Part shown: positions 9,104 through 19,531 of the stretch, in pieces
How positions within the stretch are numbered: position 1 is the stretch's first letter
Layout of the letters: the number at the start of each line of letters is the position of its first letter
Assembly: GCF_006345805.1 (NCBI RefSeq)
Contig: NW_021833483.1
Location: 1-28,529 of the forward strand
Length of the DNA stretch: 28,529 bases
Source: Octopus sinensis
Taxonomy: Eukaryota
Direction of reading: 5' to 3'
Translations under genes and position numbers: made by a program
Notes under the pieces: generated by a model
What the model saw: only the letters and a program-made list of their open reading frames with translations
What the model was told of the DNA's origin: nothing
Databases searched by the model: none

Positions 9104-9299
9104 TTTAATAGAAGAAATAATTTAGAAGGGAATAAGGACGATGGACATGTTGAGACGTTACCACGCCGGACAAAGCGCTTAGCGGCATTTCTTCCGGTTC
9201 TTCACGATTCTGAGTTGAAGTTGCGTCGAAGGCGCAGTATTTTAACGAAGCCTGAATTCGATCTCTCGTGCATCATAATTAGTGCGTGCCACAGTATCT

Positions 9300-9460
9300 T
9301 AAGCAGAGTTGTACGACTTTCCAAAAGCACTTTGCTCGATTATTCGAAATGAGTCGTGGTTGGACTTCTGGATGGATTTCAGTGTCTGCCTCGACGGCCT
9401 ATTATGGCTCTCGGCAAGGGTGGCGAACTGGAATGAAGTGACGAGCAGGGTGGCCATACT
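9300..9460 (+). mobile_element. Possible decayed L1/Tx1-like ORF2 fragment (EN-RT linker)
   Basis: Two frames give QKHFARLF and DFSVCLDGLLWLSARVA, resembling L1/Tx1 linker sequence by recognition only. Confidence 0.4.
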
Positions 9461-9532
9461 CGCTCAGAAACGAGCCCCCAAAAAGCAAATCCTGAAGAGG
9501 CCGACAGATAAAGCGAAAGCCTACATTGTCTG

Positions 9533-9692
9533 ACTCTTTTACCTGTTTCAGTCATTTGACTGTGGCCATGCTGGAGCACCGCCGTTAGTCGAGCAAATCG
9601 GCCCAAAGACTAATTATTTGTAAGCCTAGTACTTATTATATCGGTGTCTTTTGCCGGACCGCTAAGTGACGGGGACGTAAACACACCATCAT
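9533..9692 (-). mobile_element. SINE family A tail fragment
   Basis: Reverse complement of the tail at about 2505-2673. Confidence 0.85.
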
Positions 9693-9779
9693 CGGGACAT
9701 GCTCAACTGGTTAAGGTTAAGCAAATCTGTGCTACTGAGCAGAATATCTGCTGTAGACCATCTTCTATACCAAGACAAA
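9693..9779. mobile_element. Fragment of the repeat at 1-365
   Basis: Aligns with about 192-290. Confidence 0.75.
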
Positions 9780-9780
9780 T

Positions 9781-9960
9781 AAGCCGGACAAAATGCACAG
9801 TGGCATTTCGTCCGTCTTTTTGTTCTGAGTTCAAATTCCAGCGAGATAGACTTTGCCTTTCATCCTCTCGGGGTCGAAAGTTCCAGTTGAACACTGGACT
9901 CTATCTATGTAATTGACTTATCCCTCTCCTAAAATTATTCTACCAAAATTTGAAACCCTT
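9781..9960 (+). mobile_element. SINE family B, old remnant
   Basis: TTCTGAGTTCAAATTCC and CTTTGCCTTTCATCCTCTCGGGGTCGA. Confidence 0.7.
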
Positions 9961-10033
9961 AATTATCATTATCATTATCATTATTATCATTATCATTATT
10001 ATTATTATCATTATCATTATTATTATTATATTA

Positions 10034-10150
10034 TTTTTTTCTTCTTTCAAATTTGCTTCCATTTCTTGCCGAGTGTCTTCCCGACTCCTAGGGCAAAGAA
10101 ACTCATAGTGTATATTGGTAGGCTATTAAACCAAACTCATTAGTTCGTTA

Positions 10151-10183
<33 letters not shown>

Positions 10184-10420
10184 TTAAAATACATGAGCAG
10201 CAACAGTTCTCCACATCGACAATGCTCTTCTCAATACGTGTGATGTACCAGTTAAGACAATCTTTTGCACTTCTTGCAGGGATGGTAAGCCAGGGATCAT
10301 TCTCATATAATTTTCGGTTCCCTTCTTGATCATTCCTAGTGCTCCTACGATCACTGGTATTGTAACCGCCTTGAGATGCCACATTTTCTCAATTTCAATG
10401 AGTAGGTCTTTATATTTTCT
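10034..10420 (-). mobile_element. 5'-truncated RLE-type non-LTR retrotransposon (Dong/R4-like) 3' end
   Basis: Open frame RKYKDLLIEIEKMWHLKAVTIPVIVGALGMIKKG...LQEVQKIVLTGTSHVLRRAL is the typical RLE C-terminus; 3' UTR with an internal A26 run (plus 10152-10177); flanked by (TAA/TGA)n at 9960-10033 and 10421-10880. Confidence 0.85.
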
Positions 10421-10472
10421 TATTATTATTATTATCATTATCATTATTAATATTATTATTATCATTATTATC

Positions 10473-10507
<35 letters not shown>

Positions 10508-10880
10508 CATTATTATTATTATTATCATTATTATCATTATCATTATTATTATATTTATTATTACTATCAGTATTATTATTATCATTATCAGTATATTATT
10601 ATTATTATTATTATCAGTATCATTATTATCATTATCATTATTATTATATTTATTATTACTATCAGTATTATTATTATCATTATCAGTATATTATTATTAT
10701 CATCATTATTATCATTATCATTATTATTATATTTATTATTACTATCAGTATTATTATTATCATTATCAGTATATTATTATTATTATTATTATCAGTATCA
10801 TTATTATTATCAGTATTATTATCATTATCAGTATTATTATTATTATTTTTAGTAGTAGTAGTAATAGTAGTAATTATTAT
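10421..10880. repeat. (TAT)n/(CAT)n microsatellite with TATCAG interruptions and a short block repeated three times (10551, 10646, 10729)
   Basis: Direct reading. Confidence 0.9.
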
Positions 10881-11365
10881 TTTCGTGGTTAGTGTGTCTC
10901 TCCGTCCGTCCGTCTCACCGTCTGTCTGTCTGCTTGTCTTCTTGTCTCCATCTACATCTGTCTGCATGAATTTAAAGAAGATTTCATTTTTTCACTAAAT
11001 TCCATAATTCTTTGGGCTTCTTTCCTATTTGTCCCGATTTCTCTGTCTGTCTGTTTGTCTATCTACGCCATTTTCCTTTCTTCCAGTTGTTGCTGACGTC
11101 GTCGTTGTTATTTCATCAGGTTGAGGTTATATTTTTATTTTTATTTTTATTTTTATTTCTTTCCTGATTAGATTTTCAAACAATTAATTAATTAAATTGT
11201 TTATTTATTCATTTTAAATTCTTACAAATTTCTTTTTTTCTGGGGCAAAGTTTCGCGACAAATCTATTGAGAAATATCAAAGAAAAAAGAAAAAAAATTA
11301 TTTTCAGTCCTTGAAAAGAATACTTTGAATGTTGAAAGGAATCGTCTGCTTTTAAAAATCAGATG

Positions 11366-11500
11366 ATATATAAACATATATATATATATATATATAATAT
11401 ATATAATATATATAGTTGCAGATATAATAATATATATACATGTGTCTATGTGTACGCATATATATGACGCACATCTACGTATGTATGTATGTATGTATAT

Positions 11501-11541
<41 letters not shown>

Positions 11542-11896
11542 ATGTGTGTGTGTGCATGTGTGCGTGCGTTTAAAAAATCCTGATTCATCGAAATATATCT
11601 AGAATAGTCGGGCATCTATTGTTTAATAAATACACATATGCGTATATAGCTACACACATATATATAAAGATATATATATATTATATGTATATACATATGT
11701 ATACATATATATACAAACATGTATATATATATATATATATATACATATATATACATATAAACATATATATATATACATATATATATAACATATATAATAT
11801 ATATATATATGTATATATATAAATGTATATATTTTTAATTTGTCAAATATTTTCGTCGCTTTAAGACCGCGACCTGTTCACTAACAAAAATCCGTG

Positions 11897-11941
<45 letters not shown>

Positions 11942-12012
11942 AACATATATATAAATGTATATATGTATACAAATATATATAAATGAATATATATATTTTT
12001 TTTATCAGTATA

Positions 12013-12055
<43 letters not shown>
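11366..12055. repeat. Cluster of (TA)n, (TATG)n, (TG)n and TA/CA microsatellites
   Basis: Direct reading. Confidence 0.9.
11837..11901 (-). mobile_element. Short dispersed repeat fragment, probably a DNA-transposon end
   Basis: Reverse complement aligns with 19588-19653 (CACGGA.TTTTGT.AGTGAACAGGT.GC.GTCT.AAAGCGACGAA); both lie beside TA/CA tracts. Confidence 0.55.
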
Positions 12056-12057
<2 letters not shown>

Positions 12058-12224
12058 ATATGTCTGGAGGGTAGGAATTGAAACCCATATCCAAAGGTTT
12101 CTTCCACAACGGAGCTATTTCTGGTTTGCCAGGTTGATCAAATGAGGAAAACGTGTCAATAGTCGCAGGATGAGGTCAGCTCTCTGAAGCCATATTTGTG
12201 TTCAAAGACCTAGTTAGACAATAC

Positions 12225-12448
12225 GCGTATGCGCATGTGCGCGTGCAAGAGTCTGTGTGTATGTGTGCGTGCCTACGTGTGTGTGTGTGTGCAAGTGTGT
12301 GTGTGTGTGTGCAAGTGTGTGTGTGTGTGTTCAAGTGTGTGTGTGTGTGTGTGCAAGTGTGTGTGTGTCTGTGTGTGCAAGTGTGTGTGTGTCTGTGTGT
12401 GCAAGTGTGTGTGTGCAAGTGTGTGTGGTGTGTGTGTGTGTGTGTGTG

Positions 12449-12479
<31 letters not shown>

Positions 12480-12801
12480 TGTAGCATACGTACGTAAGTA
12501 GTCGTGTGTATATATGAGAACGCATGTGTTCATTCTTGTACGTATGTATGTATGTATGTATGTATGTATGTATGTATGTATGCATGCATGTATGTATGCA
12601 TGCATGTATCTATGCATGCATGGATGTATGCATGTACGTATGCATGTACGTATGCATGTACGTATGTATGTATGTATATGTATGCATGCATGTATGTCTG
12701 CATGTACTTATGTATGTATGAGTGTGAATGTATGTACCTATATGTACTATGCATGTATATATTATGCATACGTGTATGTATGTGTGCGTGTATATATATA
12801 T

Positions 12802-12845
<44 letters not shown>
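12225..12845. repeat. (TG)n punctuated by CAAG, then (TATG/CATG)n and (TA)n
   Basis: Direct reading; explains the CV/HT/MYV ORFs. Confidence 0.95.
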
Positions 12846-12846
<1 letters not shown>

Positions 12847-12881
12847 TGTATAAAGCGAGAGAGTATATCGGGACTAGTGAA

Positions 12882-13880
12882 GGCGCGTGGCTCAGTGGTT
12901 AGAGCGTCGGGCTCACAATCATGAGGTAGTGTGTTCGATTCTCGGACGGGCAGTGTGTTCTGTTCTTGACCAAGACACTTTATTTCATGTTGGTCCAGTT
13001 CACTCAACTGTAGAAATGAGTTTCTTTATTGCCCATAAGGGGCTAAACATAGAGGGGCACAAAGGGATTAAGTCGATTACATCGACCCAGTGCGCAACTG
13101 GTACTTAATTCATCGACCCCGAAAGGATAAAAGGCAAAGTCGACCTCGGCGGAATTTGAACTCAGAATGTAACTGCAGACGAAATACCTATTTCTTTACT
13201 ACCCACAACGGCTAAACATAGAGGGGGCAAACAAGGACAGACAAAGGGATTAAGTCGATTACATCGACCCCAGTGCGCAACTGGTACTTAATTCATCGAC
13301 CCCGAAAGGATAAAAGGCAAAGTCGACCTCGGCGGAATTTGAACTCAGAACGTAACTTCAGACGAAATACGTATTTCTTTACTACCCACAACGGCTAAAC
13401 ATAGAGGGGGCAAACAAGGACAGACAAAGGGATTAAGTCGATTACATCGACCCCAGTGCGGAACTGGTACTTAATTTATCGACACCGAAAGGATGAAAGG
13501 CAGAGTCGACCTCGGCGGAATTTGAACTCAGAACGTAATGGCAGACGAAATACGGCTACGCATTTCGCCCGGCGTGCTAACGTTTCTGCCAGCTCGCCGC
13601 CTATAGAAATGAGTTGCGACATCACCGGTGCCAAGCTGTGTCGGTCTTTGACTTTTCAGGGGCGCTGAGTGGGGGGGGGCAACCCTATGGTCTTTTATGA
13701 CCAAAGGGCGGGAGGGTTACCCTTCACCCTATGTACATATAATGGCAAGGAGAGTGTACGCTGGTGTGCATGAGCGACTGCGGTGTCTTCTATAATCTTA
13801 CCTGGACCTGTGCCTCGGAGAGGGACTCTCTAGGTGTAATCCCATGATCATGGATGGCCGAAGTGGGGGTCTTTACTCCC
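12882..13880 (+). mobile_element. SINE family C (tRNA-derived), split by a SINE-B trimer
   Basis: A-box TGGCTCAGTGG, B-box GTTCGATTC; 12882-13022 plus 13616-13880 reconstitute the copy seen intact at 25121-25464. Head resembles elongator tRNA-Met by eye. Confidence 0.85.
13023..13603 (-). mobile_element. SINE family B trimer with 12-bp TSD, nested in SINE C
   Basis: Unit starts at 13023, 13189 and 13372; TSD TAGAAATGAGTT at 13011-13022 and 13604-13615. Confidence 0.9.
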
Positions 13881-14371
13881 TATATCGGGAACAGTACATC
13901 TATGAATGATAGCAAATGATTTGACTAATTTCCTTACGCATACCATGGCCATAACTTATTTTATGTATTTTAACGCTGCGGTTAAAGGTAACCAAGAGTG
14001 CAATACCTTATCTATCGGTTTGTAAAGCAGGATGGGTCACGACTGGAGCGGTTTTTATTTTTTAATGTTATAAGTAATATGTTTGATGAAAAATTTACCT
14101 TGGAGCTAAACTAAAAACGGCTCGAACTTCCTTCATCTGTCCTTTCTCGAATGTTCACCTTCAGCTGTCCGCAAGCTCCGTCAAACATCAAACGAAGTTG
14201 GAGGAAGTCGTTAATATATTTATTATAATAAAATTTAGTTTTGCGTCGGAGGATTTTCCTTTGAAACGCCGATGAAAACAGCGGGAAGGAAAAACAACTG
14301 CGATTTGTAGGGCTGTGCCCCGCAACCTTTTTTTTTTTCACTTGCGGTACCCTTATATTCTTTTTAAAATT

Positions 14372-14950
14372 CGGCGGCACACCGGAAGTAAAAATATAAC
14401 GAAAATTATAGGGGAAAAATTATATTCAGTTTACATTGCGGCACACCTAGCATCGTCTCGTGGCACACCTGAACTAAAATTATAACTTAAAGTATAAGGG
14501 AAAAATTATATTCAGGTTACATTGCGGCACACCTAGCATCGTCTCGTGGCACACCAGTGTGCCGTACACCTGAGCTAGAAATCTAATTAAAAGTATAGGA
14601 GGGGGATTATATTCAGGTTACTTGCGGCACACCTAGCATCGTCTCGTGGCACACTTGAGCTTGAAATCTAATTAAAAATATAGGGAGGAAAATTATATTC
14701 AGGTTACAAGGCGGCACACCTAGCATCGTCTTGTGACACACCAGTGTGCCGCACAGCAGTGTACCGCATACCTGAGCTAAAATTATAACTAAAAGTATAG
14801 GGGGGAAAATATTTATTCAGGTTATAATGCGGCACACCTAGCATCGTCATGTGACATACCAGTGTGCCGCACACCTTAACTAGAAATATAACTAAAAGTA
14901 TAGGGAAAAAAGTTATATTCAGGTTACAATGCAGCACACCTAGCATCGTC
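14372..14950. repeat. Tandem array of about 6 units of 86-118 bp rich in GCGGCACAC motifs (hAT subterminal-like)
   Basis: Anchor T(A/T)TATTCAG at 14421, 14507, 14608, 14694, 14812 and 14914; shared GCGGCACACCTAGCATCGTC. Confidence 0.85.
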
Positions 14951-15441
14951 CCTCCTCTTTTCACTTCACTGTGTCCTTGTCATTTCTTCTCGCCCCTCCT
15001 TATTTTTTCTGTGCCTCTACCTCTCTCTCTTCTCTCCCCACGTGACCATTATTCGGCCAAGCCTAACCTTTCTTTCTTGGTTCCACTACCATCCGGGCAA
15101 CATCTATATTCCTCCCTGTGCCTGTGAAATCTTGTACCCATGCCGTAAGGCTTTAATTCCACACACGCCAGCTTAATTTAATTCGTCCTTAGCCGAAAGA
15201 TACCTGTTGTTATGCCCTGCTATTTGTATTTGTGTAACATTCTCCGTTTTTTTTCAGTCCTTGTTACGAGTATAATCAGCCGAAATTGCAACGATACTCT
15301 GGAACTCGACTGAGGAAAGGAAACCCCGAATGACCCGCCCTTGTTTTCTTTGTATCGTCTATCTGGATGTATTGTTGTCCCCTTTTTTGCATCACTTGTC
15401 TGGGTATTTTGCGTTCTTGTCCCATTTTGTATCATATATAT

Positions 15442-15604
15442 ACGACGAGCTTCTTTCAGTTTCCCTCTACCAAATCCACTCACAAGGCTTTGGTCGGCCC
15501 GAGGTTATAGAAGAAGAGACTTGCTCAAGGTACCACGCAACGGGACTGAACCCAGAACCATGTGGTTGGAAAGCAAGCTTCTTACCACACAGCTACTACA
15601 GCAC
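15442..15604 (-). mobile_element. SINE family A head
   Basis: Reverse complement of 2055-2215. Confidence 0.85.
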
Positions 15605-15682
15605 CTATATAGATACTCTAGCGCCTATACGGTCACTCCTACACATATGTCATATATTGTTTTATGTACATGTAGATATATA

Positions 15683-16039
15683 GGTGCAGGAGTGGCTGTG
15701 TGGTAAGTAGCTTGTTTACCAACCACATGGTTCCGGGTTCAGTCCCACTGCGTGGCACCTTGGGCAAAGTGTCTTCTACTATAGCCCCGGGCCGACCAAA
15801 GCCTTGTGAGTGGATTTGGTAGACGGAAACTGAAAGAAGCCCGTCGTATATATGTATATATATATATGCGTGTGTGTGTTTGTGTGTCTGTGTTTCTGCC
15901 CCTAGCATTGATTGACAACCGATGGTGTGTTTATGTCCCCGTTACTTAGCGGGCTTACAAAAGAATAAGTCTCGGAGTCGAGTTGCTCGACTACAAGGCG
16001 GTGCTCCAGCATGGCCGCAGTCAAATGAGTAAAAGAGTA
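15683..16039 (+). mobile_element. SINE family A, near full length
   Basis: Head, TA/TG tract and tail with small deletions. Confidence 0.9.
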
Positions 16040-16530
16040 TACCCGGTCATCTATGGGAGCATGCACCATCGCAGTGCGTTGGTGCATCCACTATTGTCGC
16101 TATTTACTCCGAGTAGAGTCATCCGCTGTGACCATATGACATGTGGTCGGCCAACAGGACTCATGACCTCAGCCGGATCTTCAGAGAAGAGAACACAATA
16201 CACAGGTTCCAACGTGGGAAAAAAATCAAACCGCAAAACTAAACACTCCGAGCTGATGCTTCCGAATCCTGGAAGTGAACAGGACGCATCCCGGTTTCTG
16301 AGAATATCCGTTGGTTGCCATGTTGATTCGTTAGCTACTGCACGCATTTTTTTCTCTCCTTCTTTCTGTGTTTTTCTCTCTCTGTGTATCTTTCTGTTGA
16401 AGAGCGTAGGCTCGAAACGTTAAAGACTTGTTTTATTTATATTTCCTGAGCGCCATACTAATACAATTGTTCGTTTGTTTTCCACCTGCCACCTGCCTTC
16501 ATCTTTTGTTTATTTTCATAAAGCTTCCCG
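16040..16530 (+). mobile_element. Unclassified repeat, possibly Penelope-like, ending near a hammerhead-like motif
   Basis: Shares CAGCCGGATC.TCAG..AAG.GAACACAATACACAGG and AACAGGACGCA with 17539-17643; contains the motif at 16389-16426. Confidence 0.4.
16389..16426 (+). ncRNA. Minimal type-I hammerhead-like motif with a core substitution (CUGUUGA)
   Basis: TCTTT-CTGTTGA-A-GAGC-gtag-GCTC-GAAAC-GTT-AAAGA: stem I TCTTT/AAAGA, 4-bp stem II, GAAAC, GUU triplet; the conserved A6 is U. Confidence 0.5.
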
Positions 16531-16587
16531 TTATATATATATATGTATATATATATTATGTATGTTATATATAATAATATATATATG

Positions 16588-16641
<54 letters not shown>

Positions 16642-16800
16642 ATATATATATATATGTATGTATATATATATATGTATGTATGTATATATATATATGTATG
16701 TATATATATATATATATGTATGTATATATATATATATATATGTATGTATATATATATATATATATATGTATGTATATACAATATATACATATATACACAT
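16531..16800. repeat. (TA)n/(TATG)n microsatellite
   Basis: Direct reading. Confidence 0.95.
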
Positions 16801-16801
16801 A

Positions 16802-16962
16802 GGCGCAGGAGTGGCTGTGTGGTAAGTAGCTTGCTTACCAACCACATGGTTCCGGGTCAGTCGCACTGTGTGACGCAAGGGGCAAGTGTCTTCTACTATA
16901 GCCTCGAGCCGACCAAAACCTTGCGAGTGGATTTGTTAGGCGGAAACTGAAAGAAGCACGTC

Positions 16963-16965
<3 letters not shown>
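16802..16965 (+). mobile_element. SINE family A head
   Basis: Aligns with 2055-2215. Confidence 0.85.
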
Positions 16966-17008
<43 letters not shown>

Positions 17009-17017
17009 GAAAGCACG

Positions 17018-17126
17018 TGATCTCTGCCCTTGGCATGTAACTTCAACCGTGTTTTTCTCACGTGAATTTGCTACCCAGGTATCGGTTACCGAATTATCCA
17101 TACTAGGATAATTCATTCAACTACTT
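17018..17126. repeat. Dispersed repeat of about 110 bp, second copy at 25708-25818
   Basis: TGATCTCTGCCCT.GGCAT...CTTCAACCGTGTTTTT...GTATCGGTTA.CCGAAT...CATTCAACTACT in both copies. Confidence 0.75.
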
Positions 17127-17171
17127 ATATATATATATATATATATATATACGTGTGTTTGTGTGTGTGTA

Positions 17172-17338
17172 TACACGACGCGATTCTTTTAGCGTCTGTC
17201 TACCAAATCTACCCACAAGGCTTTGTTCGGCCCGTGGTTATATAGAAAATATTTGCCCAAGGTGCCACGCAGTGGGACTGAACTTGGAACCATGTAGTTG
17301 GGAAGCATGCATCATACCACACAGCCAGGCCTGCGCCT
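17172..17338 (-). mobile_element. SINE family A head, diverged
   Basis: Reverse complement of the family A head. Confidence 0.8.
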
Positions 17339-17902
17339 ATATATACTTATAGATCGGGTCATGACAGATAAAGGGCCATGCGCCGTTTCAGCGGATCGCT
17401 GCAACCCACCATATCCATGGGTCGTCCTGTGTGACCCTCTCAACAGACGTCCTAGTCAGTTCTCATCTCTGCGAGATATTTCCCCATCCACAGTGGCCAT
17501 GGGGCATGTGAGGGACCAACACAAACCGTCATCACCCCCAGCCGGATCCTCAGGAAAGCGAACACAATACACAGGAACAATCGCACTACATGACGAAATG
17601 TGTCTGACCTCAAGCCCCACGATCATACGGAAAACAGGACGCACTAAACGAGAAAGCGGAACCACTTATCCTTCGGATTCCTTGGGTCAGGACAAAGCGT
17701 CAGTCTTTCGTTGACGTCCGGGGGTGACTCAATGTTGTTAGTCTCTGTTAAAAATGAGAATCGTGGGGTTGTTGACCGCTTTACTTACATCAGCAATGTG
17801 GTCCGTAGCTACATTCGCTACGAGTGCAAAGTCTTAAAAAGACTCGGACGTACTGCTCACTGTATACGAGTGTTCAGCTCTACCGCTATCTGAGCAGGAG
17901 AA

Positions 17903-18820
17903 GGCGGCAAGCTGGCAGAAACGTTAGCACGCCGGGCAAAATGCTCAGCGGTATTTCGCCTGCCGTTACGTTCTGAGTTCAAATTCCGCCGAGGTCGACT
18001 TTGCCTTTCATCCTTTCGGGATCGATTAAATAAGTACCAGTTACGCACTGGGGTCGATGTAGTAGACTTAATTCATTTGTCTGTCCTTGTTTGTCCCCTC
18101 TGTGTTTAGCTCCTTGTGGGTAGTAAAGAAATAGGTATTTCGTCTTCTGTTACGTTCTGAGTTCAAATTCCGCCGAGGTCGACTTGCCTTTTATCCTTTC
18201 AGGGTCGATAAATTAAGTAACAGTTGCGTATTGGGGTGGATCTAATCGACTGGCATCTTCCCCAAAATTTCGGGCCTTGTACTTAGTGTATAAAAGAATC
18301 GTTGGCACACCAGGCAAGATACTAGCGGCATTTTGTCTGTCTCTACGTTCTGCGTTCAAATTTCGCTGAGGTCGACTTTTCCTTTCATCCTTTTTCGGGA
18401 TCGATAAAAAATTTAAAAAAAACAGTTGCTAGCTGGGGTCGATGTAATCATATAGCCACCTCCACCTACAAAATTTCCGCCCTAGTAACTATAGTAAAAA
18501 AGAATTCTATCGTCATTATTGTTAAGGCGAAGGCGGCGAGCTGGCGGAATCGTTAGCACGCTGGATGGAATGCTTATCGGTATTTCGTCTGCCGTTACGT
18601 TGTGAGTTCAAATTCCGCCGAGGTCGACTTTGCCTTTCATCCTTTCGGGGTCGATAAATTAAGTACCAGTTACGCACTGGGGTCGATGTGATCGACTTAA
18701 TACCTATGTCTGTCCTTGTTGGTCCCCTCTGCGTTTAGCCCCTTGTGGGTAATAAAGAAATAGGTATTTAGCCCGTCGTTACGTTCTCCGCCGCGGTCGA
18801 CTTTACCTATGATCTTTTCG
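17903..18820 (+). mobile_element. Cluster of SINE family B copies (dimer 17903-18295, old copy about 18296-18505, dimer 18532-18820)
   Basis: Heads GGCGGC(A/G)AGCTGGC at 17903 and 18532; junction AAAGAAATAGGTATTT at about 18125 and 18754. Confidence 0.85.
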
Positions 18821-18868
18821 GCGTGTATATGTATGTGTGTGGTGTACATATATATATATTTATATATA

Positions 18869-19219
18869 CACTTGCGTCAGAAATTAGCACCCTTGATTTG
18901 CTCTTCACTCAAGGTATGTGCTGTCACCTAGTGGCCATATCTCGAACTATTGCTTTGTTGCGAGTTCACTGTTGCGCAGAACGATGACGTAACTTTGTTT
19001 GCAGAGCAGTTTGAGAGTCTACAGCCTTATGATGTTGACATAGCAGTGCAACAACAACTTGGAGTGCGGATGCAGACAAATCTTCCTTCGCAAGGACCGA
19101 AATCACACCATACTAAGTTTTCTCATCGCGTAAGACGTTTTGAACAGCTCATAGGTTAATTGATTTAACTTATTTAATGTAGAAATTTGAGAAGTGCTAA
19201 TTAATTTCTGACGCAAGTG
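18869..19219 (-). mobile_element. Internally deleted Tc1/mariner-superfamily element
   Basis: Perfect 18-bp TIRs CACTTGCGTCAGAAATTA (18869-18886 / 19202-19219), TA on both sides. The frameshifted minus-strand start MSCSKRLTR...LAKEDLSASAL is weakly like a Tc1/Tc3 N-terminal HTH. Confidence 0.7.
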
Positions 19220-19236
19220 TATATATATATATATTC

Positions 19237-19531
19237 TTAGAAGAAATGAGGTACTCAGAAATTCGGATGGTTTTATATTTACAGATATTTATTTGTATAT
19301 TACATGTTTTTATACATCATATAACTTAGATCATATATTAGCGCTTTCTCCCATTCTAGTGGGGTTTTCAAATCGAACTAAGTTCCAAAGTTCGATTTAA
19401 GAACCCCACTAGAATGGGAGAAAGCACTAATACATGATCTAAGTTATATGATGTATAAAAACATGTAATATACTAATAAATATCTGTAAATATAAAACCA
19501 TCCGAATTTCTGAGTACCTCATTTCTTCTAA
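19237..19531. mobile_element. Foldback MITE-like palindrome, 143-bp arms, 9-nt loop
   Basis: 19237-19379 versus 19389-19531: 5 mismatches; embedded in (TA)n. Confidence 0.8.

Noticed and set aside
11087-11119. 33-nt micro-exon after a pyrimidine tract and CAG
   Set aside because: The donor GTTGAG is weak and there is no other support.
14372-14950. CRISPR-like repeat-spacer array
   Set aside because: The intervening sequences are homologous to each other rather than unique spacers, there are no cas genes, and the context is eukaryotic.
15300-15340. Hammerhead-like CTGAGGAAAGGAAACCCCGAATG
   Set aside because: No GAAA box after a convincing stem II and no stem I.
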